DNA from: a bacterium | GTDB taxonomy: Bacteria > Patescibacteriota > UBA1384 > 2-12-FULL-50-11 | DNA: 64,000 nt | Reading direction: 5' to 3' | Assembly: GCA_021463485.1 (NCBI GenBank) | Contig: JAJTYJ010000003.1 | Span: forward strand, 88,380 to 152,379 | Shown here: positions 24,112-32,876 of the stretch, piece after piece | Layout: each line of letters opens with the position of its first letter | Position numbering within the stretch: the first letter of the stretch is position 1 | Notes under the pieces: model-generated | The model's input: the letters and a program-made list of their open reading frames with translations, nothing else | Told to the model about the DNA's origin: nothing | The model's database searches: none | Made by a program: the position numbers and the translations under genes

Positions 24112-26202
24112 ATGGCACGACAATACCCACTCGAGCGCGTCCGAAATATCGGTATCATCGCTCACATCGACGCAGGTAAAACAACAGTTTCAGAACGTAT
24201 TCTGTTTTACACCGGTAAAAACTACAAAATCGGCGAAGTGCACGAGGGTGCGGCTACGATGGACTGGATGGAACAAGAACAAGAGCGCGGCATTACCATT
24301 ACCGCCGCGGCTACTACTTGTTTTTGGAAAGATAACTCGATTAACATTATCGACACACCAGGTCACATAGACTTTACTATCGAAGTTCAGCGCTCACTAC
24401 GCGTGTTAGATGGTGCTGTTACCGTTTTCGACGGCGTTGCGGGTGTAGAAGCGCAAAGCGAAACTGTTTGGCGACAAGCCGACAAGTACAAAGTTCCGCG
24501 AATTTGCTTTGTTAATAAGCTCGATCGTATCGGCGCCGATTTTAAATTTGTCGTTAAAACGATCCAAGATCGTTTAGGCGCTAAAACTGCCGTTATTCAA
24601 CTACCTATCGGTCAAGAAGACCAACTTAAGGGAGTGGTTGATTTACTCGAAAATAAAGCCGTTGTCTGGAAAGACGATTTAGGTAAGGATCCGATCGTCG
24701 AAGACATCCCGGCGGATATGAAAGACGAAGTCGAGGAGTATCGCAGTAAGCTCATCGAGCAGATCGCCGAAACCGACGAAGCATTACTAGAAAAGTACTT
24801 CGCCGGCGAAGAGCTAACGGTAGCCGAGTTAAAGGCGGCGCTGCGAAAAGCCGTTATTGCTGTTCAAGTTTTCCCAGTTTTAGCTGGTTCGGCGCTTAAA
24901 AACAAAGGTGTTCAAACGATGCTTGATGCCGTCATCGACTTTTTACCAAGTCCGCTCGACGTTCCGGCGCCGCACGGTACCGACGTTAAAGACCCAGAGA
25001 AAGTCATTGAGCGAAAAGTTGACGACTCCGAGCCGTTCACAGCCCTGGCGTTTAAAGTTGCAACCGACCCGTTTGTTGGCTCGCTAACATTCTTCCGCGT
25101 TTACGCTGGCAAGATTACCGCCGGTTCGTATGTATTAAATAGTTCAAAAGGCGAAAAAGAGCGCGTTGGTCGCATTGTTCGTCTTCACGCTAACTCCCGC
25201 GAAGACGTAACCGAAGTTTACGCCGGTGAGATCGCGGCTGCTGTTGGTTTGAAGAACTCAACAACCGGTGACACGCTTTGCGCCGAGAACGCTCCGATTA
25301 TTCTCGAGCGAATTAACGTTCCGGAACCAGTTATTAAAATGTCGATCGAGCCAAAAACCAAAGCCGATCAAGAAAAAATGGGCGTGGCGCTACAACGCTT
25401 AGCTGCCGAGGACCCGACTCTTCGCTTAAGCCAAGACGAGACAACTAACCAAACCTTGATCGAAGGTATGGGCGAGCTTCACTTAGATATTATTGTCGAT
25501 CGCATGCGACGCGAGTTTAGTGTTGAAGCTACGAAGGGCCAGCCGCAGGTTGCCTTTAAAGAAGCAATTACCCGAGCCGTTAAACAAGAAGGTAAATACG
25601 TTAAACAAACTGGTGGTCGCGGTCAGTACGGCCACGTCTGGCTCGAAATCGAACCGCAAGAACGCGGTAAGGGGTTTGAGTTTGTTAATAAAGTTGTCGG
25701 TGGTGCGATCCCACGCGAGTTTATTTCTTCTGTCGAAAAAGGAGTTAAAGACTCTGTTTCCAAGGGTGTTATCGCCGGGTATCCGCTCGTTGACGTTAAA
25801 GTTACCGTTTACGACGGTTCGTACCACGACGTCGACTCTTCAGACGTCGCGTTCCAAATCGCTGCTTCGATGGCGATGAAAGACGGCGTCAAAGCCGCTG
25901 GCCCGGTTCTACTCGAACCAGTTATGAAAGTCGAAGTTACAACTCCAGAAGAGTTCTTTGGCTCGATAGTCGGCGATCTTAATAGTCGCCGTGGCCGCAT
26001 TATGGGCTCCGAAGACCGCGGCAATTCTCGAGTAGTTGATGCGATGATTCCGCTCGCTGAGATGTTTGGTTACATTACCGACCTACGCGGCATGAGCCAA
26101 GGCCGAGCCAGCTTCACAATGGAATTCGACCATTACGAAGAGGTTCCACGCAACATCGCCGAGGGAATAATTGGCAAATCTGGTGCTAAAGCCGCCGCGT
26201 AA
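24112..26202 (+). CDS. fusA: Elongation factor G
   Basis: [22 protein letters not shown]; 696 aa. Confidence 0.97.
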   Translation: MARQYPLERVRNIGIIAHIDAGKTTVSERILFYTGKNYKIGEVHEGAATMDWMEQEQERGITITAAATTCFWKDNSINIIDTPGHIDFTIEVQRSLRVLDGAVTVFDGVAGVEAQSETVWRQADKYKVPRICFVNKLDRIGADFKFVVKTIQDRLGAKTAVIQLPIGQEDQLKGVVDLLENKAVVWKDDLGKDPIVEDIPADMKDEVEEYRSKLIEQIAETDEALLEKYFAGEELTVAELKAALRKAVIAVQVFPVLAGSALKNKGVQTMLDAVIDFLPSPLDVPAPHGTDVKDPEKVIERKVDDSEPFTALAFKVATDPFVGSLTFFRVYAGKITAGSYVLNSSKGEKERVGRIVRLHANSREDVTEVYAGEIAAAVGLKNSTTGDTLCAENAPIILERINVPEPVIKMSIEPKTKADQEKMGVALQRLAAEDPTLRLSQDETTNQTLIEGMGELHLDIIVDRMRREFSVEATKGQPQVAFKEAITRAVKQEGKYVKQTGGRGQYGHVWLEIEPQERGKGFEFVNKVVGGAIPREFISSVEKGVKDSVSKGVIAGYPLVDVKVTVYDGSYHDVDSSDVAFQIAASMAMKDGVKAAGPVLLEPVMKVEVTTPEEFFGSIVGDLNSRRGRIMGSEDRGNSRVVDAMIPLAEMFGYITDLRGMSQGRASFTMEFDHYEEVPRNIAEGIIGKSGAKAAA

Positions 26203-26211
26203 CCACTGCCC

Positions 26212-26241
26212 TTGACCGGGATATGGTTTAAGCAGTAAAAT
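26212..26241 (+). promoter_or_regulatory. Putative tuf promoter (TTGACC-18-TAAAAT)
   Basis: Lies in the fusA-tuf spacer; -10 is ~60 nt upstream of the tuf ATG, ahead of the AAAGGAG RBS. Confidence 0.4.
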
Positions 26242-26301
26242 GTATCAGAAACTAACTAATAATAAAAACATAAATATAAGGTTTAAGTAAAAGGAGTACG
26301 C

Positions 26302-27483
26302 ATGGCAGCAACATTCGAACGCACAAAGCCGCACGTCAACGTTGGTACCATCGGTCACGTCGACCACGGTAAAACTACGTTAACGGCAGCTATCACAAAC
26401 ACACTCGCCGACAAGGGTTGGGCAGAGAAAAAGGCCGTTGATCAGATCGACAACGCCCCAGAAGAAAAACAGCGCGGTATTACTATCGCGACGTATCACG
26501 TTGAGTACGAGTCGGAGAAGCGACACTACGCTCACGTCGACTGTCCAGGACACGCCGACTACGTTAAGAACATGATTACCGGTGCCGCTCAAATGGACGC
26601 CGCTATTCTCGTGGTCTCTGCTCCAGACGGTCCGATGCCACAAACTCGTGAGCACATTCTGCTTGCGAAGCAGGTTGGTGTTCCGTACATCGTCGTCTTC
26701 TTAAACAAGTGCGACCAAGTTTCTGATCCAGATCTTCTCGAGCTCGTTGAAGAAGAAGTTCGCGATCTTTTAAACAAGTACGAGTACCCAGGTAAAGACA
26801 CACCGATCATTAAGGGCTCAGCTCTTAAGGCTATCGAAGGCGACGCTGACGCTAAGAAAGCAATCTTCGATCTTATTGAAGCGCTCGATTCTTACGTCCC
26901 AGAGCCAGTTCGTGAAACTGACAAACCTTTCTTGATGCCAGTAGAAGACGTCTTCTCAATCAAAGGCCGTGGTACGGTTGTTACCGGTCGTGTTGAGCGC
27001 GGTACCGTTAAGGTTGGTGAAGAAGTTGAAGTTGTCGGATTGAATGACACTAAGAAAACAGTTGTTACCGGAGTAGAAATGTTCCGCAAGCAGCTCGATT
27101 CTGGTCAAGCTGGCGATAACGTTGGTCTTCTTGTTCGTGGCTTAGAGCGCACAGATGTTGAGCGCGGCCAGGTTCTTTGTAAGCCAGGTTCGATTACTCC
27201 ACACACCGAGTTCGAAGCTGAGTGTTACATCCTTAAAAAAGAAGAAGGCGGACGACACACCCCATTCACCAAGGGTTACAAGCCTCAATTCTACTTCCGA
27301 ACCACTGATGTGACCGGAGAAGTTGAGCTTCCAGGCGACGCCGAGATGGTTGTCCCAGGCGACACTACAACCTTCAAAGTTAAACTCATCCAGCCAATCG
27401 CGATGGAAGAGAAACTCCGCTTCGCTATCCGCGAAGGTGGTAAGACGGTTGGTGCCGGTATCGTTACCAAAATTATCAAATAA
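26302..27483 (+). CDS. tuf: Elongation factor Tu
   Basis: [27 protein letters not shown]. Confidence 0.98.
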   Translation: MAATFERTKPHVNVGTIGHVDHGKTTLTAAITNTLADKGWAEKKAVDQIDNAPEEKQRGITIATYHVEYESEKRHYAHVDCPGHADYVKNMITGAAQMDAAILVVSAPDGPMPQTREHILLAKQVGVPYIVVFLNKCDQVSDPDLLELVEEEVRDLLNKYEYPGKDTPIIKGSALKAIEGDADAKKAIFDLIEALDSYVPEPVRETDKPFLMPVEDVFSIKGRGTVVTGRVERGTVKVGEEVEVVGLNDTKKTVVTGVEMFRKQLDSGQAGDNVGLLVRGLERTDVERGQVLCKPGSITPHTEFEAECYILKKEEGGRHTPFTKGYKPQFYFRTTDVTGEVELPGDAEMVVPGDTTTFKVKLIQPIAMEEKLRFAIREGGKTVGAGIVTKIIK

Positions 27484-27504
27484 TAGGGAAGGAATTGTAC
27501 ATTA

Positions 27505-27837
27505 ATGGCCCAAAAGACCGCTCGCGAAGCTGCCAAATCCAGCATCCGCATCAAGCTTAAAGCGTACGATTACCGAGTAATCGATCGTTCCGCCAAGAAA
27601 ATTATCGAGGCGGCCGAGCGGACAGGGGCTATTATTGCCGGACCTATCCCGTTACCAACTGAGAAATCATTAGTAACGGTCAATCGCTCCACGTTCGTCC
27701 ACAAAGACGCACGCGAGCAGTTCGAAATTCGTATTCACAAGCGCATTATCGATGTCTTGGATCCAAATCCAAAAACCCTTGATGCCTTGATGAATCTCGA
27801 TCTCCCAGCCGGAGTGGATATTGAGATAAAAACGTAA
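27505..27837 (+). CDS. rpsJ: 30S ribosomal protein S10
   Basis: S10 family; GGAAGG RBS. Confidence 0.96.
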   Translation: MAQKTAREAAKSSIRIKLKAYDYRVIDRSAKKIIEAAERTGAIIAGPIPLPTEKSLVTVNRSTFVHKDAREQFEIRIHKRIIDVLDPNPKTLDALMNLDLPAGVDIEIKT

Positions 27838-27863
27838 GAGTCTCACATTGAAACGCAAAAAGT

Positions 27864-27886
27864 CCGCTCACAAGAGCGGGTTTTTT
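27864..27886 (+). terminator. Rho-independent terminator immediately after rpsJ
   Basis: CCGCTC-ACAA-GAGCGG hairpin followed by GTTTTTTG. Confidence 0.75.
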
Positions 27887-27895
27887 GTAGAATTA

Positions 27896-27924
27896 TTGTC
27901 TAAAATAATTTTTCAGAGTATTAT
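27896..27924 (+). promoter_or_regulatory. Putative promoter TTGTCT-17-TATTAT for the GC-rich small-ORF unit
   Basis: 17-nt spacer; predicted TSS falls at the base of a CCTGGC-UUCG-GCCAGG tetraloop hairpin (27934-27949) that precedes a GGAGG RBS. Confidence 0.4.
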
Positions 27925-27973
27925 TTCCGTGTCCTGGCTTCGGCCAGGCGAATCCTACATGGAGGCACAAAAG

Positions 27974-28189
27974 ATGAATGGTTCGAACGTTCTTGAACGC
28001 ACTCACGCTGAGCCTAGCTCTTCGCTGGTGCGAGACATCAATTCGATTCAACCCGGGTCGACGGAACTGCTCAACGAGGGGCAGGCCCGAAAGCGACTCA
28101 CCGACACCCATACGATGCGAGCCCGAGAGCTCTGCCCTGCCCAGGGCAAGCGAGCGGCCGGTGGATTCCTCCAGCGAATCTTCGGCTAA
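27974..28189 (+). CDS. Small hypothetical protein (71 aa) in a GC-rich segment
   Basis: GGAGG RBS with 8-nt spacer to ATG; ~58% GC against ~45% in the surroundings; low-complexity composition, so coding status uncertain. Confidence 0.35.
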   Translation: MNGSNVLERTHAEPSSSLVRDINSIQPGSTELLNEGQARKRLTDTHTMRARELCPAQGKRAAGGFLQRIFG

Positions 28190-28262
28190 CGGGCGACCAA
28201 CGACGTGGGAGTTGTTCGTCGCTTTGAAGCGACAGTTCGAGAGACCGAAGAAACGTTTCCCG

Positions 28263-28532
28263 ATGAATTTTCCGTGGGTTTGTGGATGTGGCAAAGCCGG
28301 CTTCCCCGGCTGTAAAGACCGCGAGCACTTCTGCGAGCGCGTCTATCTAGCACTACTCGACTACCACCAACATCAGGAAACGAAATCCCGGAATCTCTGC
28401 TACTTCGTTGACGGCGGCGAACAACTTCTACGTGTCGACCAATTCAGTGCCAGGCGTATACAGCTACTCGAGGCAGACCTCGAGAAAGCTGAGACGATCT
28501 TGCGCAGAATGCTATCCGACAACCCCGCTTAA
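28263..28532 (+). CDS. Small Cys-rich hypothetical protein (89 aa from ATG; frame open upstream to GTG 28161/TTG 28212)
   Basis: WVCGCGKAGFPGCKDREHFCERV then a helical-looking C-terminal half; stop codon sits inside the terminator hairpin. Confidence 0.35.
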   Translation: MNFPWVCGCGKAGFPGCKDREHFCERVYLALLDYHQHQETKSRNLCYFVDGGEQLLRVDQFSARRIQLLEADLEKAETILRRMLSDNPA

Positions 28533-28551
28533 CCACAGCGGGGCTTTTCTT
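28523..28551 (+). terminator. Rho-independent terminator
   Basis: 7-bp stem CCCCGCT/AGCGGGG with 7-nt loop followed by CTTTTCTT. Confidence 0.7.
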
Positions 28552-28601
28552 GACAATAGAGCCTAAAGCACGTTGACTGTATAAAAATGGGTGGAGGGAG
28601 A

Positions 28602-29435
28602 ATGCACGAACAAATTAGGCCGCAGGCACACGTAGCGACGTGGGCGATTTCGGTGTTGATGGTGATACTAGCGGCGACGCTTGGTACAACTAACGATATT
28701 ACAAACGCAACTGAAGTCTACACAGCTCCGGACGGTACGAAGAAATACTTTACGTACGAGGGGAGCGGCGGGTTTAAGGCGCCAGACGCTTGTTTAAAAC
28801 CGACGGCAGAGCAGCAGGTGCAAATTGATCAAATTACAGTACTCAAAAAAGAGTTATTGGTGTTACAAGAGAAAGATACTTCGCAATTTACAGCTGAAGA
28901 AAAGGCTGCACACGAAGCTAAAATCCAAGAGTTATTAACTAAAATTAAAACAGCAGCTGGTACGGTGTCGACAGTAAAACCAGGGCCAACCGCAGAATGT
29001 AAGGCAGCGGTGGTGGCCGGCAATATTAAACTAATGACTGCACAGCTAGAACAAACAAAATCAAAACTAATTGTGAGCGTGGACAACGTAAGCGCCAAAA
29101 TAATAAAGGTTGAAGATGCAATTGCAAACATTAAGCCGACAACCGAGAATCAACCAATTCTAACTGCAATTACCGCTGATATTAACGCCGCAAAGCTTAA
29201 CCTAGCCATCCTTTCCGACTTTCTAACCAAGACACAATCTCAAATGGAATCGTTTTTAACGCTTTCAAAAACCGATCCTAACAAAGCGTACGATTCAATT
29301 AGAACCTTTAGGGTTGGCGGAGATAATCTGAAAGCTACAAAGGCAAGTGAAGGTATAATTAGCGCGTTTACGAGCCTGAAAGCCAATATCGAGCGCTTAA
29401 TCGAACTTACGGAGGGTAGTAATGGAAATATCTAA
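28602..29435 (+). CDS. Membrane-anchored coiled-coil hypothetical protein (277 aa)
   Basis: GGAGG 4 nt before ATG 28602 (the track's ATG 28587 lies inside the RBS); N-terminal TM VATWAISVLMVILAATLG; the remainder is alpha-helical and Lys/Ala/Thr-rich. Confidence 0.55.
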   Translation: MHEQIRPQAHVATWAISVLMVILAATLGTTNDITNATEVYTAPDGTKKYFTYEGSGGFKAPDACLKPTAEQQVQIDQITVLKKELLVLQEKDTSQFTAEEKAAHEAKIQELLTKIKTAAGTVSTVKPGPTAECKAAVVAGNIKLMTAQLEQTKSKLIVSVDNVSAKIIKVEDAIANIKPTTENQPILTAITADINAAKLNLAILSDFLTKTQSQMESFLTLSKTDPNKAYDSIRTFRVGGDNLKATKASEGIISAFTSLKANIERLIELTEGSNGNI

Positions 29436-29703
29436 TTCACCAGTACCGGCATCGCAGCCGCACTCAAAAGTCTGGTTAATGGTGACGCTCGTAGTAGCAG
29501 TAGTTGCAGCAGGTTTAATTTGGTATTTCTTGTATCCGAAGACAGAGGATTCAAGCACGCAGACCCCCGAGTCCCAAAAAACCGTCAAAAATGCAGTTGA
29601 TGAGACGCTAGTTGCAGCAAAAAACGATCTGAATACCGTTAATGTCGAGGAGTTAAAAGTTGCGGTCGACGAGTTAAAATCCACCCTTGACGCTTTTGAA
29701 TAA
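29422..29703 (+). CDS. Small membrane-anchored hypothetical protein (93 aa)
   Basis: GGAGGG RBS; overlaps the end of the upstream gene; single TM plus an acidic helical tail. Confidence 0.5.
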   Translation: MEISNSPVPASQPHSKVWLMVTLVVAVVAAGLIWYFLYPKTEDSSTQTPESQKTVKNAVDETLVAAKNDLNTVNVEELKVAVDELKSTLDAFE

Positions 29704-29709
29704 TAAAAT

Positions 29710-29727
29710 GCCCCGACGGTGCGGGGC
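29710..29727 (-). terminator. Hairpin terminator serving the minus-strand gene 29728..30189 (bidirectional context)
   Basis: GCCCCG-ACGGTG-CGGGGC; U-rich only on the minus strand (complement of TAATAAAAT). Confidence 0.6.
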
Positions 29728-30189
29728 TTAGAGATCGGCGTAGATCTCGGGTGGGACAACGAGGTCGAGCTTGTTTCGTTCGATCGCTTCAGCGATAACT
29801 TGCTCTCGGGTCATCTTGTAAACAACCATTCTTGTTGCAATCCAGCGGCAGATCGTCATGGCCGGTGAGAGACCGAGACTGATCATTACAACGGCGCTAG
29901 CTGCAAGGAGTTTTACGATCTCGCCGTGGTTAATCGAACGTAACTCGATTAAAAGATCGCCCACTGTCTTATAGAGCGCCATCGTCTCGTGCTCGATACA
30001 AAACCGGCAAGCTGTGTGCCCGTGTGGCTGAAAGATCATATGCGGTTGCGAATGAATAGGGCAATAAATACCTTGTTCGAGCGCGCATGATACACACGAG
30101 AACGGCGATTGCGAGAGATCAACTTGCTCGCAGAGTTCGGGAATCGTAACGACGATATCTGGTTCTTTCTGACAATACCGACAAACCAT
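29728..30189 (-). CDS. Zinc-ribbon (3x CxxC) membrane-associated hypothetical protein
   Basis: GGAG RBS 7 nt upstream of internal ATG 30189 (MVCRYCQ…); CRYC, CVSC and CRFC motifs; hydrophobic C-terminal segment; the track's start at 30276 lies inside a hairpin. Confidence 0.5.
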   Translation of the reverse strand: MVCRYCQKEPDIVVTIPELCEQVDLSQSPFSCVSCALEQGIYCPIHSQPHMIFQPHGHTACRFCIEHETMALYKTVGDLLIELRSINHGEIVKLLAASAVVMISLGLSPAMTICRWIATRMVVYKMTREQVIAEAIERNKLDLVVPPEIYADL

Positions 30190-30385
30190 AATGTAACTCC
30201 AAGGTGCTTTGCGTATTCTATCGAAAATGACCCGTAAAATATAGACAGATATGGATAAAAACCCTCCCGTCAGCATGATCGGGAGGTTGGAGATGAGAAG
30301 GGGTAACCTCTCGAGTTGAGTATACGCTCAAATATTAACCTCGTTTAGAGCTTGATTATTTCTGGGTAATTATTAAGGTGAAGTT

Positions 30386-30784
30386 ATGAACGGTTACGTA
30401 GAGAATGTCGAACTTGAGACACAACAGAATACCAACTTTCGCAAAGTAGTTTATACCGGCAAGCACTCGCAGTTGGTGCTGATGAGTCTGTTACCTGGTG
30501 AGGAAATTGGAGAAGAAGTTCACGAGGACGGCGATCAATTTTTCCGTGTTGATGACGGCGTCGGCAAGGTTGTAATTGATGGTGTAGAAACGGAGCTGAC
30601 TGACGGGAGTGCTGTGGTTGTTCCGGCTGGTGCTACTCATAACGTTATCAACACTTCGGAAACCGAGCCATTGAAGCTGTATACGATATACAGCCCTCCG
30701 CACCACCGCGAAGGAGTTGTCCACGCGACTAAAAACGACGCCGAAAACGATAACGAAGAGTTCGACGGTATAACTACGGAATAA
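30386..30784 (+). CDS. Cupin-domain protein (132 aa)
   Basis: Cupin-2 barrel motifs (G-x5-HxH-like: EEVHEDGDQFF; VVVPAGATHNVIN). Confidence 0.65.
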   Translation: MNGYVENVELETQQNTNFRKVVYTGKHSQLVLMSLLPGEEIGEEVHEDGDQFFRVDDGVGKVVIDGVETELTDGSAVVVPAGATHNVINTSETEPLKLYTIYSPPHHREGVVHATKNDAENDNEEFDGITTE

Positions 30785-30789
30785 AAAAA

Positions 30790-30807
30790 CCCGACCTTTC
30801 GGTCGGG
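30790..30807 (-). terminator. Terminator hairpin for the minus-strand gene 30833..31366
   Basis: 7-bp stem CCCGACC/GGTCGGG with UUUC loop; A7 tract on the plus strand gives a U7 tract on the minus transcript. Confidence 0.7.
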
Positions 30808-30832
30808 CGCGGCATTGCCGCAGGTTGTACTC

Positions 30833-31366
30833 CTAATTGGAGCTGGGTGCCGGCTCTTCGGCCGGTTTTGGGGAATCGCCCTCGCTTCTTCGTCGCCTCA
30901 ACTCGTCGAGGTCGATCTCAACCAGGTCGCCCATGCCGCCAAGTAATGCGCCGAGCAGACCGCGGCCGCGCTCTCTGCGCATGGCATCGCGGAATCGCTG
31001 GCGATCGGTGGTGACGACGTGGTAGCCGACACCGTTACAGTTGCACTCTTCGACTTCCCACTTGCCGTCGACGGCGAGCATCTCGGTCAGTTTCTCGCGA
31101 CCGACTTGGAAGTGGAGGAAATGGACGACTGAATCAGCGATTTGGTAGTCCTTCGCTTTGTCGGACGAAAAGATGCCGGCCTTGAGAACCATGTCGCAGA
31201 TTCCCTGACGGTGATCTTCGGGGATGTGCTCGTGCTTGCGTGCCTCCAGGCTTGCTGAAACCTGATTGATAGCATCTTGACTTGGCTCGTCTGAAACAAA
31301 AGTGTTCAGAGCGTTGCGGAACAGTTCCCACCCTGGGGTGGTTGGTGCAGCGAATGTGTTTTCCAT
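30833..31366 (-). CDS. Hypothetical protein (177 aa), apparently strongly expressed
   Basis: AGGGGGAG RBS ~10 nt upstream of ATG 31366 (MENTFAAP…); the track's TTG start at 31444 lies in the promoter; charged C-terminal tail; no family recognised. Confidence 0.55.
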   Translation of the reverse strand: MENTFAAPTTPGWELFRNALNTFVSDEPSQDAINQVSASLEARKHEHIPEDHRQGICDMVLKAGIFSSDKAKDYQIADSVVHFLHFQVGREKLTEMLAVDGKWEVEECNCNGVGYHVVTTDRQRFRDAMRRERGRGLLGALLGGMGDLVEIDLDELRRRRSEGDSPKPAEEPAPSSN

Positions 31367-31415
31367 AATGTTAGCTGGTACTCCCCCTGTGAAAGTATTC
31401 ACAAGTTGCCGAAAA

Positions 31416-31444
31416 ATTATAGTACGGACTCGGTTTATTGTCAA
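31416..31444 (-). promoter_or_regulatory. Perfect-consensus sigma70 promoter TTGACA-17-TATAAT on the minus strand
   Basis: Minus strand reads TTGACA ATAAACCGAGTCCGTAC TATAAT; positioned ~45 nt upstream of the RBS of gene 30833..31366. Confidence 0.7.
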
Positions 31445-31451
31445 GGTATTA

Positions 31452-31478
31452 ATAATAAAAACCCGCCGTGAGGCGGGG
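31452..31478 (-). terminator. Rho-independent terminator after the ketosynthase gene
   Basis: CCCGCC-GTGA-GGCGGG hairpin followed on the minus strand by a U tract. Confidence 0.65.
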
Positions 31479-31483
31479 AGGTC

Positions 31484-32584
31484 TTACGGCCAACGATAGG
31501 CGATGAAGTTGTAAACGACACCGCCACCGAATGTGGCGAAGATAAGTTGGTCGTTTCGTTGGAAGTGGCCGAGCTCGGCGTAATGCGCGAGCGTACTAAA
31601 CACCGAAGCAGAAGATTGGTTACCGCGCTCAGCGATCCGATTAAGCACCCGCTCGGGCGGTATGCCGATAGCTTCGCCGAGTCGTCGAACCATTCTCCAA
31701 TTGCCGTTGTGTGGTAGTAGGAACGTTCGTTCGTCGACAGAAATACGCGAGTCAACTATGAATTGCTTGAGTTTTTGAGCGATCGGTCCGATTACCCACT
31801 GGTAGATCTCCGTACCCCTACCTTCCATTGAAGCGTTCAATGCTGGAAAACGACGGTGGTCTGGGTGGACGCCGATCCCGCGACTGCGAGTGGTGCCAGA
31901 TAGGCTGCCATCAGCTCGAGAGATGAAATCTTGTACACCGAAGTTTCTGTTATCGGAGAAACCGGCATATACAACAACTGCGCTACCGCCGTCGCCCCAA
32001 AGCAGAGCGTTCTCGTCCATATGGTCGTTGCAACGCGAACCGATCGTCTCGCCGACTGCAACCAAAGCGTACATATCGCAGCCAGTTTGGAGTGCTCGAA
32101 CAGTTTCGATGAACGCTTGTGTGCCAGAACAGCAAGCTGCTGAAACATCGAACGCTTCAGCATCAGGGATGTTAAGCAAGTGTTGCAACTTGGCAGCGCA
32201 GCTTGGATAGAGATCGTCTGGTGTAGAACCGCCACTAACAATGAGGTGGATTTTCTCTCTCGAGAAGTTCGGGTTATTACGCTCAGCTACAGCGATCGCT
32301 CGTTCAGCTGCTTGTCGGGCTAGTTCTGTTGAATCGGCTTCAGGTATGTATTGTCTGGTGACGATCCCGAGTTTTTTGGTAACGGATTCGGTAGTATGAG
32401 CTCGAACTTTTTCAAGCTCAAGCCTGTACCTCTCGCGCTCGTGCTCGGATTGTTGAGAACCGACAACTAATGGTTCGAGCTTGCGCTCGATTGCCCGCAA
32501 AACGGTCGGGTTGTCGACAGAAAAACGATCTTCGGTTGGAGTATCGCCCCAGCCGATGATCTGGATTGGGTGGGAAAGTCGCAT
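31484..32584 (-). CDS. FabH-like 3-oxoacyl-ACP synthase III family ketosynthase (366 aa)
   Basis: AAGGAGAAG RBS; Cys-His-Asn triad context (FDVSAACCSG, LPHNGN, RGNQSSASV); thiolase fold. Confidence 0.75.
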   Translation of the reverse strand: MRLSHPIQIIGWGDTPTEDRFSVDNPTVLRAIERKLEPLVVGSQQSEHERERYRLELEKVRAHTTESVTKKLGIVTRQYIPEADSTELARQAAERAIAVAERNNPNFSREKIHLIVSGGSTPDDLYPSCAAKLQHLLNIPDAEAFDVSAACCSGTQAFIETVRALQTGCDMYALVAVGETIGSRCNDHMDENALLWGDGGSAVVVYAGFSDNRNFGVQDFISRADGSLSGTTRSRGIGVHPDHRRFPALNASMEGRGTEIYQWVIGPIAQKLKQFIVDSRISVDERTFLLPHNGNWRMVRRLGEAIGIPPERVLNRIAERGNQSSASVFSTLAHYAELGHFQRNDQLIFATFGGGVVYNFIAYRWP

Positions 32585-32795
32585 GAGGCTTCTCCTTATT
32601 GTTCAGGTTCAAACCTGTAGTGCAATTTTGGCACGATCTTCAAAAGATATCCAGGTATTGCAACAGATAAAAAAATTCAGTATTTTTCCAAAACGGTCGC
32701 CAGGACCGTCAAGTGGGCCAAGAGCGGCTGCTTGGCAGAGTTGCCACTTGCTCCGGCGGGTTGCGGCGCCACAATCGCCGCGCCCGCTTATTTTC

Positions 32796-32824
32796 TTGAC
32801 TTACTCTCGAAAAAGCCTCATAAT
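32796..32824 (+). promoter_or_regulatory. Near-consensus promoter TTGACT-17-CATAAT driving rplC and the downstream ribosomal operon
   Basis: 17-nt spacer; ~50 nt upstream of the rplC ATG. Confidence 0.65.
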
Positions 32825-32876
32825 TGGTAAGCATATTCAACCTGTTACGAGTTGAGTGTTAAATATTTAATTCTAA

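Noticed and set aside
27893-28294. Minus-strand 133-aa ORF and the long 184-aa plus-strand ORF (27978-28532) in the GC-rich segment
   Set aside because: The minus-strand ORF has Arg/Ser/Gly-rich composition typical of antisense frames in GC-rich DNA and no RBS. The first two-thirds of the 184-aa frame overlap the better-supported 71-aa ORF, and only its C-terminal third looks protein-like.
27900-28550. Considered whether the GC-rich hairpin-dense segment is a known structured RNA (RNase P RNA, tmRNA, SRP RNA, 6S)
   Set aside because: None of the diagnostic motifs are present: RNase P GGAAAGUCCGGGCUCC / ACAGAACCCGGCUUA, a tmRNA tag reading frame with a tRNA-like 3' end, or the SRP domain IV AGGUCAGG…GGAAGCAGCC. 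A promoter, a 5' hairpin, an RBS and ORFs fit a small-protein transcription unit better. Kept only as an alternative in the findings.
30190-30276. Upstream TTG/ATG extension of the zinc-ribbon gene (MLTGGFLSISVYIL…)
   Set aside because: The extension start lies inside a stable hairpin and has no SD, whereas the internal ATG 30189 has GGAG at -7.
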